This document shows positions 30,093 through 40,254 of a DNA stretch of 64,000 nt, in pieces (positions within the stretch are counted from its first letter, which is position 1; the number at the start of each line of letters is the position of its first letter). The stretch spans positions 477,340 through 541,339 of the forward strand of contig CBDEGW010000004.1 of NCBI GenBank assembly GCA_965237935.1, written 5' to 3'. Origin of the DNA: Dehalococcoidia bacterium. GTDB taxonomy: Bacteria; Chloroflexota; Dehalococcoidia; Lucifugimonadales; CBDEGW01. A program made the position numbers and the translations under genes. The notes under the pieces are model-generated. The model did not search any database and was not told where the DNA came from. It was given only the letters and a program-made list of their open reading frames with translations.

Positions 30093-30142
30093 GGGGCATC
30101 GGTGAGTCACCAGGGGCGGGCGGATACAAGCCTGCGTGCGAG

Positions 30143-31598
30143 CTACCTGGGCGTCCCCAGGGCGTACTTTACCGTGCCGCTGAGGGGGCCCTTACTAGAG
30201 ACCTCGAAGTAGGCGATGTGAGGCCGGCCCTGGGAGTCGAGCTTCAGGGACACCAACTGCCCAAGGGTCTTGGAGCCCGCGTCCACAACGCTATCGATCT
30301 TCCAGTCGGAGCCGTCCCAGACGGCCAGGTTCAGCCGCTTTTCGTCAGAGTAGGCAATCCAGGGATTGCCCTCGCCATCCAGGGCCAAAGACGTAATGTT
30401 CCTTGCGCCAACGAACCCGAAGGCAAGCTTGATTCTCTCGTAAAAAGTCTGTGCAGGCCGAATTAGAACAAACGTACCCGCGCCTGGGTACAATATACAG
30501 TCTCTGTTCCGTATACTAGCCCAACATACGGTAGCGCTCAGATGTGCTGAATCGCTGGAACTTCCTCAAAACGGGTTTTTACGAGGGAATCAAGCTTGCT
30601 CAGAGTATCCACGTCGCGTATCTCCCAGGTGGGCTCATCAGGGCCCCTGGTAGCGTACTTGACCACGCCGGATGAGGGGACTCCTTGAGGAAATAGCTGA
30701 TGTGAAAGCGGCCACCCTGGTCTATCACCAGCGAGGAGAATAACCCCGTGTCGCCGTCGTCGTCCACGGTGTCGAAGATCCATCCAGAGTCGTCTCTGCT
30801 GGCCAGGGTCAGGCTCTGGTCTTTCTGATCGAAGTAGGAGATGTGCGGGCTACCATCGGGATCGATGGCGATGGAAGTAGCGTACTTATAGGTTATGGGT
30901 CCGGTGCCTATGGTCTCCACGGTCCAATTTCCCGCGTCGTCCTGACCGTAGTACTCGACGCCTTTACCTCCGAATTCCTCAGGGTCTATGGCACTCATGT
31001 GGGGCCGGCCCTGGGCATCAGTGGTTATCCGGTTGTCCCATCCATCGTGACCCTGATCAAACACAGCCTCAACGTCCCATCCGCCATCATTCAGGACAGC
31101 GTAGATAGCATCGCCCTTGGCCGGTCTGAACTGCTGGGCGTCCTGGTGGTCGTGATACGAAATGTGGGCGACGTCATCTGGGCCGATGGCTATGTCCAGG
31201 GGTCCGTAAAAGTTACCTTCGGCAACGGTGGTGACGTCCCATGTCGAGCCGTTGCGCACCGCGTTCTTCACGAATCCAGGCATGGCCTCCAGCATATAGG
31301 CGATGTAGGCAACGTCGCCGCTGGTCAGGGCCAGGGCAGGCTTCGTACCTGCGTCAACGTCCTCTATCTCCCATGAGAAGGCTCCCTCTTCTTGAGCGCC
31401 ATCGTCGGCTGGAGGCTGGGGAATCGCCGTCGGCGTGGGCTGAGCCGGAAGGGGAGTCGGGGCCGCTGCTGCTGGCGGGGTAGTAGGCTGTGGGGCCGGC
31501 GTAGGAGTGGAGGCTGCACCGCCGCACGCCATAGCGACAACGGCCACGAACACGCCTAGCAGCGAAATGACGTATCGGCTGTGGTCAGGAAACCTCAT
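30143..31598 (-). pseudogene. beta-propeller-like repeat lipoprotein, disrupted by a frameshift (~30678) and a MITE
   Basis: Lipobox AMAC; repeated W.IE.VD / SLA(L/I)D..G.PHI(S/A)Y units; frameshift in the G4 run 30676-30679; removing the MITE and one AAGCTT restores TLSKLAFGFVG. Confidence 0.8.
30431..30591 (-). mobile_element. 161-bp MITE, copy 2
   Basis: TIRs as copy 1; 6-bp duplication AAGCTT (30425-30430 and 30592-30597). Confidence 0.92.
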
Positions 31599-31899
31599 GT
31601 CACAATCCTCACTTCCACCACTTCGCTGCTCATAGAGACGGCGATCAAGCACCCCAATGGGCTGCGAGCGGTGATTGGATTTATCAACACCTGGTTAGAT
31701 GCCAAGGGGCCGAGAGGTGATGCACAGGTGTCCCAAGTCGTGGGAGGAACACCCCTGGGCCAACTCAACGCATAGCGTTAAATAGGCGTGCGGTACATTC
31801 GCGCCAAGCCCCGATGCTCATGCGAGGGGCATCGCCGCACTGATGCTTGTATGGGGCCGCAGCGAGACATGCTCGGCGTGGGCTCCAGGTAACGCCGGT

Positions 31900-32997
31900 T
31901 CAGGCCGAGGGGGAAAACCCCCTGCTGGACCATGCACTTAGGTCGCTCCCGAACCACTCGTCAGGGATGCGCTGGCCAACGCCCTGCTCCACTGCCTTCT
32001 GGTAAATTACGGCTCCCGCCGCCGACATCTGGATTCCCATGCCTGTACTGTTCTTGTAGTAGACGATTTCCTCCGCGGGGTTCGCTGGGCGAGCATTTCC
32101 CAGCACTACGTCCCCCAGCTCGTGGATCTTCTCCCAACCTATGAGGCCCCGCTCGATGGGGTCCAGGAGCTCCTTCTGGTTATTGCTGAACACGCTCTCC
32201 CTGTCGTTGATGCAGATAAAGTCACTGCGGACGAAAGTGGTCTCGTCCACCTCACTCTTGAGGAAATTTGCGTCGCTGTTCTGAAGGGAGACCACCAGTT
32301 GGCCCTTCTCCAGCCAATGCCCGTCAAAGACGGGCTCCCCGCTGACGTACCCGGCGTTGGTGGCACAGTACACGATGTCAACACCGTCCACGGCCTCCCG
32401 GGGAGTGTCCACCGCCGTTACGTCGATCTCCAGCAAGGCGCTCATTTCCTGAGCGAAGTCCTGACGATGCTGAGGCGTTGGACTGAACACCTTGACGCGC
32501 CGAAGGGGACGCACAAGCGCCAGGGCCTCAAGGCTCGTCCGCGCTAGCTTGCCACTGCCGAGCATCCCCAGGGTCTCGGCGCCCTCGGTAGCGAGGTACT
32601 TCGCCGCCAGTCCCGATGTGGCCCCGACCCGGATACCTGATAAAGCAAACTCCTGGACCAGCGCCAACAGCTGGCCCGTCTCCATGCTGATGAGGCAGAT
32701 GAACCCCCAGTTGCGGTTTTCATAGTGCGGGTCTTGCAGCCCCTCCTGCCTGGCCCCGAGCTTCCGCGGCCTCCCCCCGATGCGTATCGCGGCCATGTTG
32801 AGGGTCGGCGTCGTCCCAATGTGAATGTTGGAGCTGTAAACAGTCTCGGGGTCTGCTGTGGCAGACCTGTACCGAATTCTCGGAAGATTGATGGCTCCGC
32901 CCTTACCGTAATCGGCAAAGGCAACCTCCATGGCCTGGATGCACTCCTCCATAGGCAGTAGCCGCTGGACATCGGCATCTTGAAGCACAAGCGTCAT
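31900..32997 (-). CDS. ornithine cyclodeaminase/mu-crystallin family protein
   Basis: IRVGATSGLAAKYLA, GMLGSGKLA, YYKNSTGMGIQ. Confidence 0.9.
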   Translation of the reverse strand: MTLVLQDADVQRLLPMEECIQAMEVAFADYGKGGAINLPRIRYRSATADPETVYSSNIHIGTTPTLNMAAIRIGGRPRKLGARQEGLQDPHYENRNWGFICLISMETGQLLALVQEFALSGIRVGATSGLAAKYLATEGAETLGMLGSGKLARTSLEALALVRPLRRVKVFSPTPQHRQDFAQEMSALLEIDVTAVDTPREAVDGVDIVYCATNAGYVSGEPVFDGHWLEKGQLVVSLQNSDANFLKSEVDETTFVRSDFICINDRESVFSNNQKELLDPIERGLIGWEKIHELGDVVLGNARPANPAEEIVYYKNSTGMGIQMSAAGAVIYQKAVEQGVGQRIPDEWFGSDLSAWSSRGFSPSA

Positions 32998-33030
32998 GAC
33001 TAGCCTCCCAAGATCAGTGCTGAGGTGGCG

Positions 33031-33603
33031 TTAGACGGGCAGGGTTGGCTCCTGCTCGGGGCGGGTGTCGACTTCGAAAGCATTGAGGGCGCATGCGATG
33101 TAGCAGTAATAGCCGATGCTGCCCACCAGGTCCGTCAACGCCTTCAGTCCGAAGCGGTCCAAGGCCTCCTGCCAGGTGTCCTTGGAGACACGGTGATTAC
33201 GCAGCAGCTCCGAGGTGAAGTTCCATACCAGGGCCTCATCTCCTACAAAGCCCTCAGGAGCGCGACGGTGTTTTATAGCGTCAATGACCTCGTCACGGAC
33301 ACCTGCGCCACGAGCCCCGCTTTCGTTGACCGTCCATTCATACACACAGTCGTACTCCCTGCCGACTATCAGCGCGGAGAGACGCCCCACCTTCTCCGGT
33401 AGCGAGGACTCGAAGCGCATGTATGCTCCCAGATGGGCGGCGCGCGCCGCTGGGACGGGGCTGTGCAGCAACACCCTGAAGGGCCCGCTAGGGGCGCCTC
33501 CACGACTATCCGCAATCTCGTCAAAGATTTGACGGTACACAGGGGCAACGTCTTCTCTGTTGCGAACTTCAGGTACTCTGGCCATGGGCATCTCCTTTGG
33601 CAT
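33031..33603 (-). CDS. carboxymuconolactone decarboxylase-family protein
   Basis: GPFRVLLHSP, YEWTVNE...GV, DLVGSIGYY. Confidence 0.85.
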   Translation of the reverse strand: MPKEMPMARVPEVRNREDVAPVYRQIFDEIADSRGGAPSGPFRVLLHSPVPAARAAHLGAYMRFESSLPEKVGRLSALIVGREYDCVYEWTVNESGARGAGVRDEVIDAIKHRRAPEGFVGDEALVWNFTSELLRNHRVSKDTWQEALDRFGLKALTDLVGSIGYYCYIACALNAFEVDTRPEQEPTLPV

Positions 33604-33636
33604 GTTGAGGTGGCGGTATTATACCCCTTCCTTTTG

Positions 33637-34329
33637 GAGATAGGGGAGCCCTGAACTCGCAGTTACTTGTTAGTGGCAACACTTGATAGTGTAATGGTTT
33701 GAGGTTTGCCCGACGGGATTACCTTCAAATAGCTTGAAGCAACTCAGGTATGTATGGGCTAGCTAATTCGAGCTTGTCAACTTCAGTGAGGCGTACCCAG
33801 GCTATTTCTGAGTGTTCATGCTCTTGTAAGTTACTGGGCGTACCGGTCCATTGCGTGACGTAATAGCTGTGCAGAAGGAGCCCCTCGGCGTTCAGCGGAT
33901 GGATGGGCAGCTCCCTGTACTTAACAGGAACGACGCCGAGCTCCTCCGCCAGCTCCCTCACCAGAGTCTGCTCGGGCATCTCCCCATCTTCACTATGGCC
34001 GCCCGGGAAGTCCCACACTCCAGGATAAAACGCCCTGGACGCTGCTCGTTTCACGAGAAGTACGCGGTCCCCACGAAGGAGAATACCGACAACCACGACT
34101 CTGCTCATTAATCGGCCCCTTGTTGACGTAGTGGGTGACCCATGTGACTACCCAATTATGCCAGAACGGGCGGGGACGAGCTACGTTGGCAGGGGTCCAT
34201 CGAGAGGGGTGGCTGGCCACCCAGAAGCGATTCCCAAGCTCCCAAAGCCTCCAACTGCAAGCGCCCCTCTTTGGCTAAGGGACTCTAATATGGTTTTGTG
34301 CGTCACCGAGATCAGGGAGCCCTGAACTC
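33637..34329. repeat. 22-bp direct repeats (33637-33658 and 34308-34329) flanking a NUDIX gene
   Basis: GAGAT(AG/CA)GGGAGCCCTGAACTC, 20/22 identical with a 15-bp perfect core. Confidence 0.7.
33725..34108 (-). CDS. NUDIX hydrolase
   Basis: Nudix box GGHSEDGEMPEQTLVRELAEELGV. Confidence 0.9.
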   Translation of the reverse strand: MSRVVVVGILLRGDRVLLVKRAASRAFYPGVWDFPGGHSEDGEMPEQTLVRELAEELGVVPVKYRELPIHPLNAEGLLLHSYYVTQWTGTPSNLQEHEHSEIAWVRLTEVDKLELASPYIPELLQAI

Positions 34330-34371
34330 CACCTGAAACGCGACCTAACCGTGGTGGTTGCCGCCTGTGGC

Positions 34372-35235
34372 TTAGCCGTTGCGTCCCGTAACCTGGAGCA
34401 CTTTCTCCAGACCTGCATAGGTACGCGTAGGTGAGGCCATCAGGAACCTGAAGCCCTGCTCCACAACCCGCTGGGCATTGCTGGCGTCAACGTGAGGGTG
34501 CCCGCACGGCACGCCCTGCTCTTTACAGTGGGCCAGAATGGTGCTCATGGCCTCCTGCACAACGGGATGATCGTACTGGCGAGGGTAGCCCAGGTTCTGG
34601 GAAAGGTCGCCCTCGCCGATGACCACTACCCCAACGCCGGGCACAAGCTTCAAGATGTCTGGCAAGTTATCGATGGCTTTCACGTCCTCGCACATGATCA
34701 TCACCAGGATCTCCCCCTCGGGGCTTAGCGGCCAGACATCGGCCTTGGCGTAGTATTCCTGCTGGGTTAGTCCCCAATAGCGTGCCGCTGCGGTGGGCGC
34801 ATCTCCTCGGATTCCCCGGGGCTCCAGGTGCTCGGAGTCATCCGGCCGGGCGTAGCGGCAGGCGGCGACGGCATTGTAGGCCTCCTCCACCGTGCTCACA
34901 TGGGGCCAGAGCACCCCGTACACGCCTGAGTCCAGCACCTGCTTGGCATGCCATTGGCTCATCTCGCCGCCATTGGGCGGGATGCGGACCGCCGGCGTCA
35001 CGGCTGGGGCAATGGAACCCGACTGGGCGATCTGTCTCCGGTTAAGCAGGTACTGGAGGCCGTGGCGCAGCCCCGCGTTATCATAAGGGTTGTGCTCCAT
35101 CTCGAAGATAACCCCGTCGTACCTGGAGGTGGACAAGGCAATGGCCGACTCTATGTCTGCCGATGAGAAGCAGACCGCGGCAGTGCCTCCATCCTCCAGT
35201 GCCCGGATCATGCCGTTGAGCCTCTGGCCTGCCAT
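34372..35235 (-). CDS. HpcH/HpaI aldolase family protein
   Basis: FEMEH, QVLDSGVYGVLWPHV, PRGIRG, IGEGDLSQNLG. Confidence 0.9.
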   Translation of the reverse strand: MAGQRLNGMIRALEDGGTAAVCFSSADIESAIALSTSRYDGVIFEMEHNPYDNAGLRHGLQYLLNRRQIAQSGSIAPAVTPAVRIPPNGGEMSQWHAKQVLDSGVYGVLWPHVSTVEEAYNAVAACRYARPDDSEHLEPRGIRGDAPTAAARYWGLTQQEYYAKADVWPLSPEGEILVMIMCEDVKAIDNLPDILKLVPGVGVVVIGEGDLSQNLGYPRQYDHPVVQEAMSTILAHCKEQGVPCGHPHVDASNAQRVVEQGFRFLMASPTRTYAGLEKVLQVTGRNG

Positions 35236-35255
35236 CTTTGTTACCTCCTTGGTGC

Positions 35256-36266
35256 CTAAGCTGTAACAGCCAGGCGCTGGTTGAGCCTGCTGTATACCTT
35301 GCGAGCGTTCCCCTCAAAAATCTTCTGGCGGTCCTCCTCTGTAAGCCACGCTATAGCGTCTATTAAGGGCTTGGTATCGTCGAACCACCTGCCTGTGTCG
35401 GGATTGATGATGTGCACCGCGCCGATCATCTCGGTTGCAAACATAATGTTATCTACTCCCACGGCCTTGATCAGCATCTCCATGGCGTCCTGGCTGTACA
35501 CCGTTGTGTCGAAGTAGAGCTGCTTTAGCCCTTCTTCCAGGGACCTTCCGCCACCTATCATCCTTATGGCACGCCAGCGCGCTACCTGTGCCGGCAGAGC
35601 GCCGGCGCCGTGGGGAATAACCAGCTTCAGGGTGGGAAAGTTGTCGAAGACGTTGGACTCTAGCAGTTGATACGTGGCTGCGGTATCACCGGTGAGATAG
35701 TAGACGGCTACGGATTGAAGGCCTGGGTTCGTTGAGGCGCTGACGTGGATCATGGCGGGCACGTCCAACTCCACCAGCTTCTCGTAGATCGGATGCCACC
35801 AGGGGTCGCCCAGGCTTGGAGTCACTGCTGTTCCGCCCGACGGGTCTGGGTTGAGGTTACAGCCAACGAAGCCGAACTCGTTAACGCAGCGCTCTAGCTC
35901 GGCCACGCAGTTGGCCGGGTTCACTCCCGGCGATTATGGAAGCTGGCACACCCCTATGAACTGGCCGGGGTACAGCTCACATATGCGGGCTATTAGCTCG
36001 TTGTTGACCTGAGACCAGTAGAGGCTGATGCGTTCGTCCCCATAGTGGTGCCCCATTCCGGCTGCCCGCGGCGAGAACAGCGCAGCATCTATCCCCCACT
36101 CCCTCTGGAGCTTAAGCTGTCCGTTCTCCAACGACTCGCGGATCTGGTCGTCGCTGATTCTAAGGGACCCCTTAGAGGGCCGGGCAAGGGTAGTAACCTG
36201 GTTCCCCCTGTAAGCCATCAGCTCCGGCGGGGACGTAGTGTAGTGGCCGTGGACATCAATGATCAT
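35256..36266 (-). pseudogene. 4-oxalomesaconate hydratase-like amidohydrolase (LigJ-like) with an internal TAA
   Basis: MIIDVHGHYTT, GVCQLP*SPG (in-frame TAA at 35934-35936), MIHVS, IPHGAG, YFDT. Confidence 0.85.
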
Positions 36267-36324
36267 TGTCTAGCGCTCCACTGTTCGCTCATAGGATGCT
36301 CCCGGACCTGGTCCAATCGCGAAC

Positions 36325-37263
36325 CTAAGCCAGGTTCAGGGTGCTGGCGGCGAACACGTCTTCTACGTTGACTTTCTGGGGTATTACTTTCTGATCCAAC
36401 GTAAACTGAATGAAGGTCTCCAAAGTCTTGCGGTTGGCCGCAATGCCGAAGGGAAGTGGATCGTTTCCGACCACCGATTGCATCTGTGCCATGGCTTGAT
36501 CGGGGGCATCGAGTTGCCCACCTCCCGATAGGCGCGGCAGGTAGGTCTCTTTGGCTGCCTTGAATACCGAGAAGAGCTCTTCGGCGAGCCAGGGGTTGGC
36601 GGCCAGGTGTTCATTCTTGACGACGACGGTGTGATTGATGGGATAGACCTCCGTGGCCTTGTAGTGAGCAACTGCGGCTTCGCGGGCATCCGGAATGAGA
36701 GGTCTCACTTCGGGCGAGTCCACGGGTGGCAGTCCGATGGCAGCGTCGATCTCCCCCGAGAGCAGCATGCGAACCAGGTCGCCGTCCCCCTCCGCAGGCA
36801 CTACGTTGGGGGGCGCCACATATTCCGCCACGTGTTCATCCCATGAGAGGACCCAGGTGACCTTGTCCAGGTCTACGCCGTAGGTGGTCTGAAGGAAGCC
36901 TCGCACCCACACTCCTGTGGTCACCGTGTACCCTCTCACACCTACTTTCCGCCCCTCTATGTCCTTTGGTGTCTTAATCCCGGATTTGGTGTTGTATACG
37001 ATGGCGCCATGATGGAAGCCCCGGGTCACAAACACGGGGATGGCAGTGATGGGCTTGCCATGTGCTCGGGCACAAAGGTAGGTGGACAGAGCCATCTCGG
37101 AAACGTCAAACTCCAGATCGCGGATCATCCTCCGAAAGATGCTGATAACGGGCAGGACCTCTATATGATTCATCGACAACCGCTCTGATGTAATAGTCCC
37201 GTCCTTCAGGGGCATCGTATGCCCGTAACTGCCCACTGCGGTCTTCACTGTAAGTTTCTCCAT
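36325..37263 (-). CDS. 4,5-dihydroxyphthalate decarboxylase-like protein (periplasmic-binding-protein fold)
   Basis: FRRMIRDLEFDVSEMALSTYL, IPVFVTRGFHH, YPINHTVVV, PFGIAANRKTLE. Confidence 0.8.
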   Translation of the reverse strand: MEKLTVKTAVGSYGHTMPLKDGTITSERLSMNHIEVLPVISIFRRMIRDLEFDVSEMALSTYLCARAHGKPITAIPVFVTRGFHHGAIVYNTKSGIKTPKDIEGRKVGVRGYTVTTGVWVRGFLQTTYGVDLDKVTWVLSWDEHVAEYVAPPNVVPAEGDGDLVRMLLSGEIDAAIGLPPVDSPEVRPLIPDAREAAVAHYKATEVYPINHTVVVKNEHLAANPWLAEELFSVFKAAKETYLPRLSGGGQLDAPDQAMAQMQSVVGNDPLPFGIAANRKTLETFIQFTLDQKVIPQKVNVEDVFAASTLNLA

Positions 37264-37435
37264 GGCTTCTACCCCCTGTTCCGTCGGCTTGTGTCTGAAC
37301 TGAGACTTCTACGCTCACGCCTGGTGAAGGTTGGCGCGAGGAACCTTCTCGTCACCCGTAATGGTAGCCCCATAAGCGACTCGATTGCTGAGTTGATGAT
37401 TACCTGAGGCTAAAACCCGCTAGACCCCGCCGAGC

Positions 37436-38356
37436 CTACTCCCAAGCGCGGTTGTCTACCACCGACTCATAGGTGGCACCGGGAGTGACCAGATCAGGAT
37501 AGCCCAGCATCCACTGGTAGGTGTGCTCGAATCGCTCCAGGGTGTAGGGAACTGGCGGAGCGTAAAGGAGGCGCCAGGTCTGGAGTTCGTGCGGCTCAAG
37601 CAGCCCCCGAGCTTCCTTCGTGATGTGATGGGCGTATCGGTCTGGGTTGGCGGTGATCATTTCCGCTGCCTTGGCTTCGGCCCGAAACATGGCCGCCAGA
37701 GTCGGACCGTCCAGCTCGTCGCCAGCCGCCTCGCTGCGAGTGGAGTGGTTCTCCATAATGATCCGGAACCCTTGTTTTTGGGCCACGCTGATCCAGGGCT
37801 CGTTGAAGGTAGCGGCGGCCAACTCGCCTCCGCTCAGGGCCTCCAGCCGTTCAGGCATGGTCCCGGCATTGGTGACTTTGATTTCGTCCTTCCTAAGAAA
37901 ACCTTCCAACATCTTCAGAGTGGTGAAGTGGGAACCGTTGTACACAGTCACAGCCACGGAAGTACCCTTGAGCTGTTCCGGCTCCAGGACGCCGCTATTA
38001 GGGGCTGCCACAATGGCAAACGTAGACATGGCTGCGCCTAGGGCGACGATCTTGGCGGGTCGCTGACCGCTCACCTCCGCCTCCACCGAACGCTTCATGA
38101 CGCCCCACTCACACAGGCGGAACTGGTCCACCCCTCCGCTGTTGTACAGGGTCTCCAGGGGGCGCTCGAAGATGGCGTCCCGCACGTCCTGCCGGTCCGT
38201 ATCGACATGGGCTGAGCCCGGCGTCTTCACGAGCTCCACATCCAGACCTTGGTCGCGAAAGAGGCCTTCTTCATGCGCAACTATGACCGCCAGAGAGTGG
38301 ACCGCGTTGCTTACGGATAGCCGAACCTTCTTCAATGTCACGTCAGTCGTCATCAC
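37436..38356 (-). CDS. ABC substrate-binding-fold protein (NMT1/SsuA-like)
   Basis: VAHEEGLFRDQGLDVEL, LKGTSVAV, AATFNEPW; no signal peptide evident. Confidence 0.75.
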   Translation of the reverse strand: MMTTDVTLKKVRLSVSNAVHSLAVIVAHEEGLFRDQGLDVELVKTPGSAHVDTDRQDVRDAIFERPLETLYNSGGVDQFRLCEWGVMKRSVEAEVSGQRPAKIVALGAAMSTFAIVAAPNSGVLEPEQLKGTSVAVTVYNGSHFTTLKMLEGFLRKDEIKVTNAGTMPERLEALSGGELAAATFNEPWISVAQKQGFRIIMENHSTRSEAAGDELDGPTLAAMFRAEAKAAEMITANPDRYAHHITKEARGLLEPHELQTWRLLYAPPVPYTLERFEHTYQWMLGYPDLVTPGATYESVVDNRAWE

Positions 38357-38549
38357 ATATCCCCTCGAAAATTGCTCGGTTGCGCTCTGCTCTGGCTCGG
38401 AAAAATTGTGCTGAGGCAGTTGTAAAGCGGAAGCGTACAGGTAGGCTCACATAGTGGAAAATACCACCAGCACCTCGCGACGTCAAGGCGTTGGACCTGG
38501 CAGCCACGGACCGCGAGGCCGCGGGTATAGAAGAGCACACAATAAAAGG

Positions 38550-39668
38550 TTAATCCCGGATGTCCTGCAGGAGCCACTCCGTCGGGATTTCGTGTCCTAG
38601 GCCGCGCTCCAGGGCAAGCTGGTAGACCCTGGGCCCAATGGCCGCAAACTGGAGGGCGCTGCCTGCCACGTTGTAGAAACATGTGACTTGGCGCTCATCC
38701 GTGCGGCCGGGTGTCTGCCCACCGATGACATGCATCAGCAGGGGCATGTGCTCGAATCCCACGGATGCCGGGTTGCGTTCCTGCCAACTCTCCTTGGAGC
38801 GCTCCGCAAGCTCCGGGGCCGCATAGACGGCAACCGGCCCCTCGAAGTGACGAACCGATAGGGAAGCTCTATTCACCGCCTCTGCTCCCAGCCGGTCGGC
38901 TCCAAAGGTCGCCAGGTGCATGCCCTCACTCACCCAGGAGGCGTCCTCGAAGATGGGGGTGGACGAGTCGGTGCAATCGGCCACAATGTCGGCCCCTTTC
39001 ACAGCCTCGTACGGCGTTGCGGCCACTACGACAGGTATCTCCAGCTGAGCGCTCATCTCCTCCGCGAAGGCCTCGCGGTGCGCGGGAGTTGGGCTATAGA
39101 CCTGGATCCTCTCGATGGGCAGCAGGGCACGGTACGCTGCGCTGTAGGTACGGGCCATGCCCCCGGACCCGAGCATCCCCACCACTCGGCTGTTCGGCCG
39201 GGCCAGATACTTGGCCGCAATGCCTGCAGTAGCACCAACGCGAAGATGCTGAAGCACTCCGTCGTTGAGGATAGCCACCGGTTCGGCGTTGTCTATGCGG
39301 GCGAGGAGGATCAGCCCGCAGAAGGTTCCAGGCTCGCGGCAGTACTTCTCATGTGTCACGGCCCCATCGGGATGTGTGAGGCTGTACTGAATGTCGAACT
39401 TCATCCGTAACGCGAACATCCCGAATTCGGGGACCACTCCAGCCATGGCACCCCAGATAAAGCGACGGCCCTCCTCGGGGCCTGGCGACGGCGCCACGAC
39501 GTCCATACGACCGCCTTCAGGGAACTGTGCTCCCCTGCCGACGGCAGCTTCATGGTAAGCCTTCTCGATGAGGCGTATGGACTCTTCAATACCTAGCAGC
39601 CCGTCGAGATCCGCATTGCTCAGGAACAGCATGATGACCTTCTCCCCGCTTCGATATTTCGAACACAT
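38550..39668 (-). CDS. ornithine cyclodeaminase/mu-crystallin family protein (start probably 39632)
   Basis: HLRVGATAGIAAKYLA, GMLGSGGMA, FYNVAGSALQF. Confidence 0.9.
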   Translation of the reverse strand: MCSKYRSGEKVIMLFLSNADLDGLLGIEESIRLIEKAYHEAAVGRGAQFPEGGRMDVVAPSPGPEEGRRFIWGAMAGVVPEFGMFALRMKFDIQYSLTHPDGAVTHEKYCREPGTFCGLILLARIDNAEPVAILNDGVLQHLRVGATAGIAAKYLARPNSRVVGMLGSGGMARTYSAAYRALLPIERIQVYSPTPAHREAFAEEMSAQLEIPVVVAATPYEAVKGADIVADCTDSSTPIFEDASWVSEGMHLATFGADRLGAEAVNRASLSVRHFEGPVAVYAAPELAERSKESWQERNPASVGFEHMPLLMHVIGGQTPGRTDERQVTCFYNVAGSALQFAAIGPRVYQLALERGLGHEIPTEWLLQDIRD

Positions 39669-40254
39669 TGTAGCCGTTCTTCACGCAGCGAGCGACAGTT
39701 ACAAGTTGAGGAGCGAAACCCACCGCTCTGGCCCCGATTCTCGCCCTGCCATGCAATGCCACAGCCCGTTACCCTATTTTCCGTATAATCGCCATCGCCG
39801 TATCATGGAGCATCTTTGACACGTTGGAGATCGTCTGAAGTAACTGCTGCTGCTTTTGAAGTGCGTTCTGAAGGTCAATGTTCGCCAGCTGCGCGTCGTC
39901 GCCAATGCTGCTGATCTGCTCTTCCCACGCCACGATTTCTGCCTCTACTTCAGCATAGCGCTGAGTTATCACCTCCGGTCCAGCCGCGGCGGTGGCTTGC
40001 TGGAGCGTCCGGGACGCCTCCACCAGCGGCGACAGGTCGATATCGAGGAGGACAGGGCCAGTCTCGCCCCGGGACCGCTCGGAGGAGACGAGCCTCAGGA
40101 TGTCTACCTCTTCGTCAAACGCTGTCAGTAGGTTGTTCTGGCACTCGGCAAGTGACGCCTTGAGGGTATCCCAAGCCGTGGGGCTCAGTTCCCACTCGCC
40201 TGAGGGAATGGCACAGGCCTCGGCCACGGTGTCGAGCAGCGGGTGGTAGGTAAA

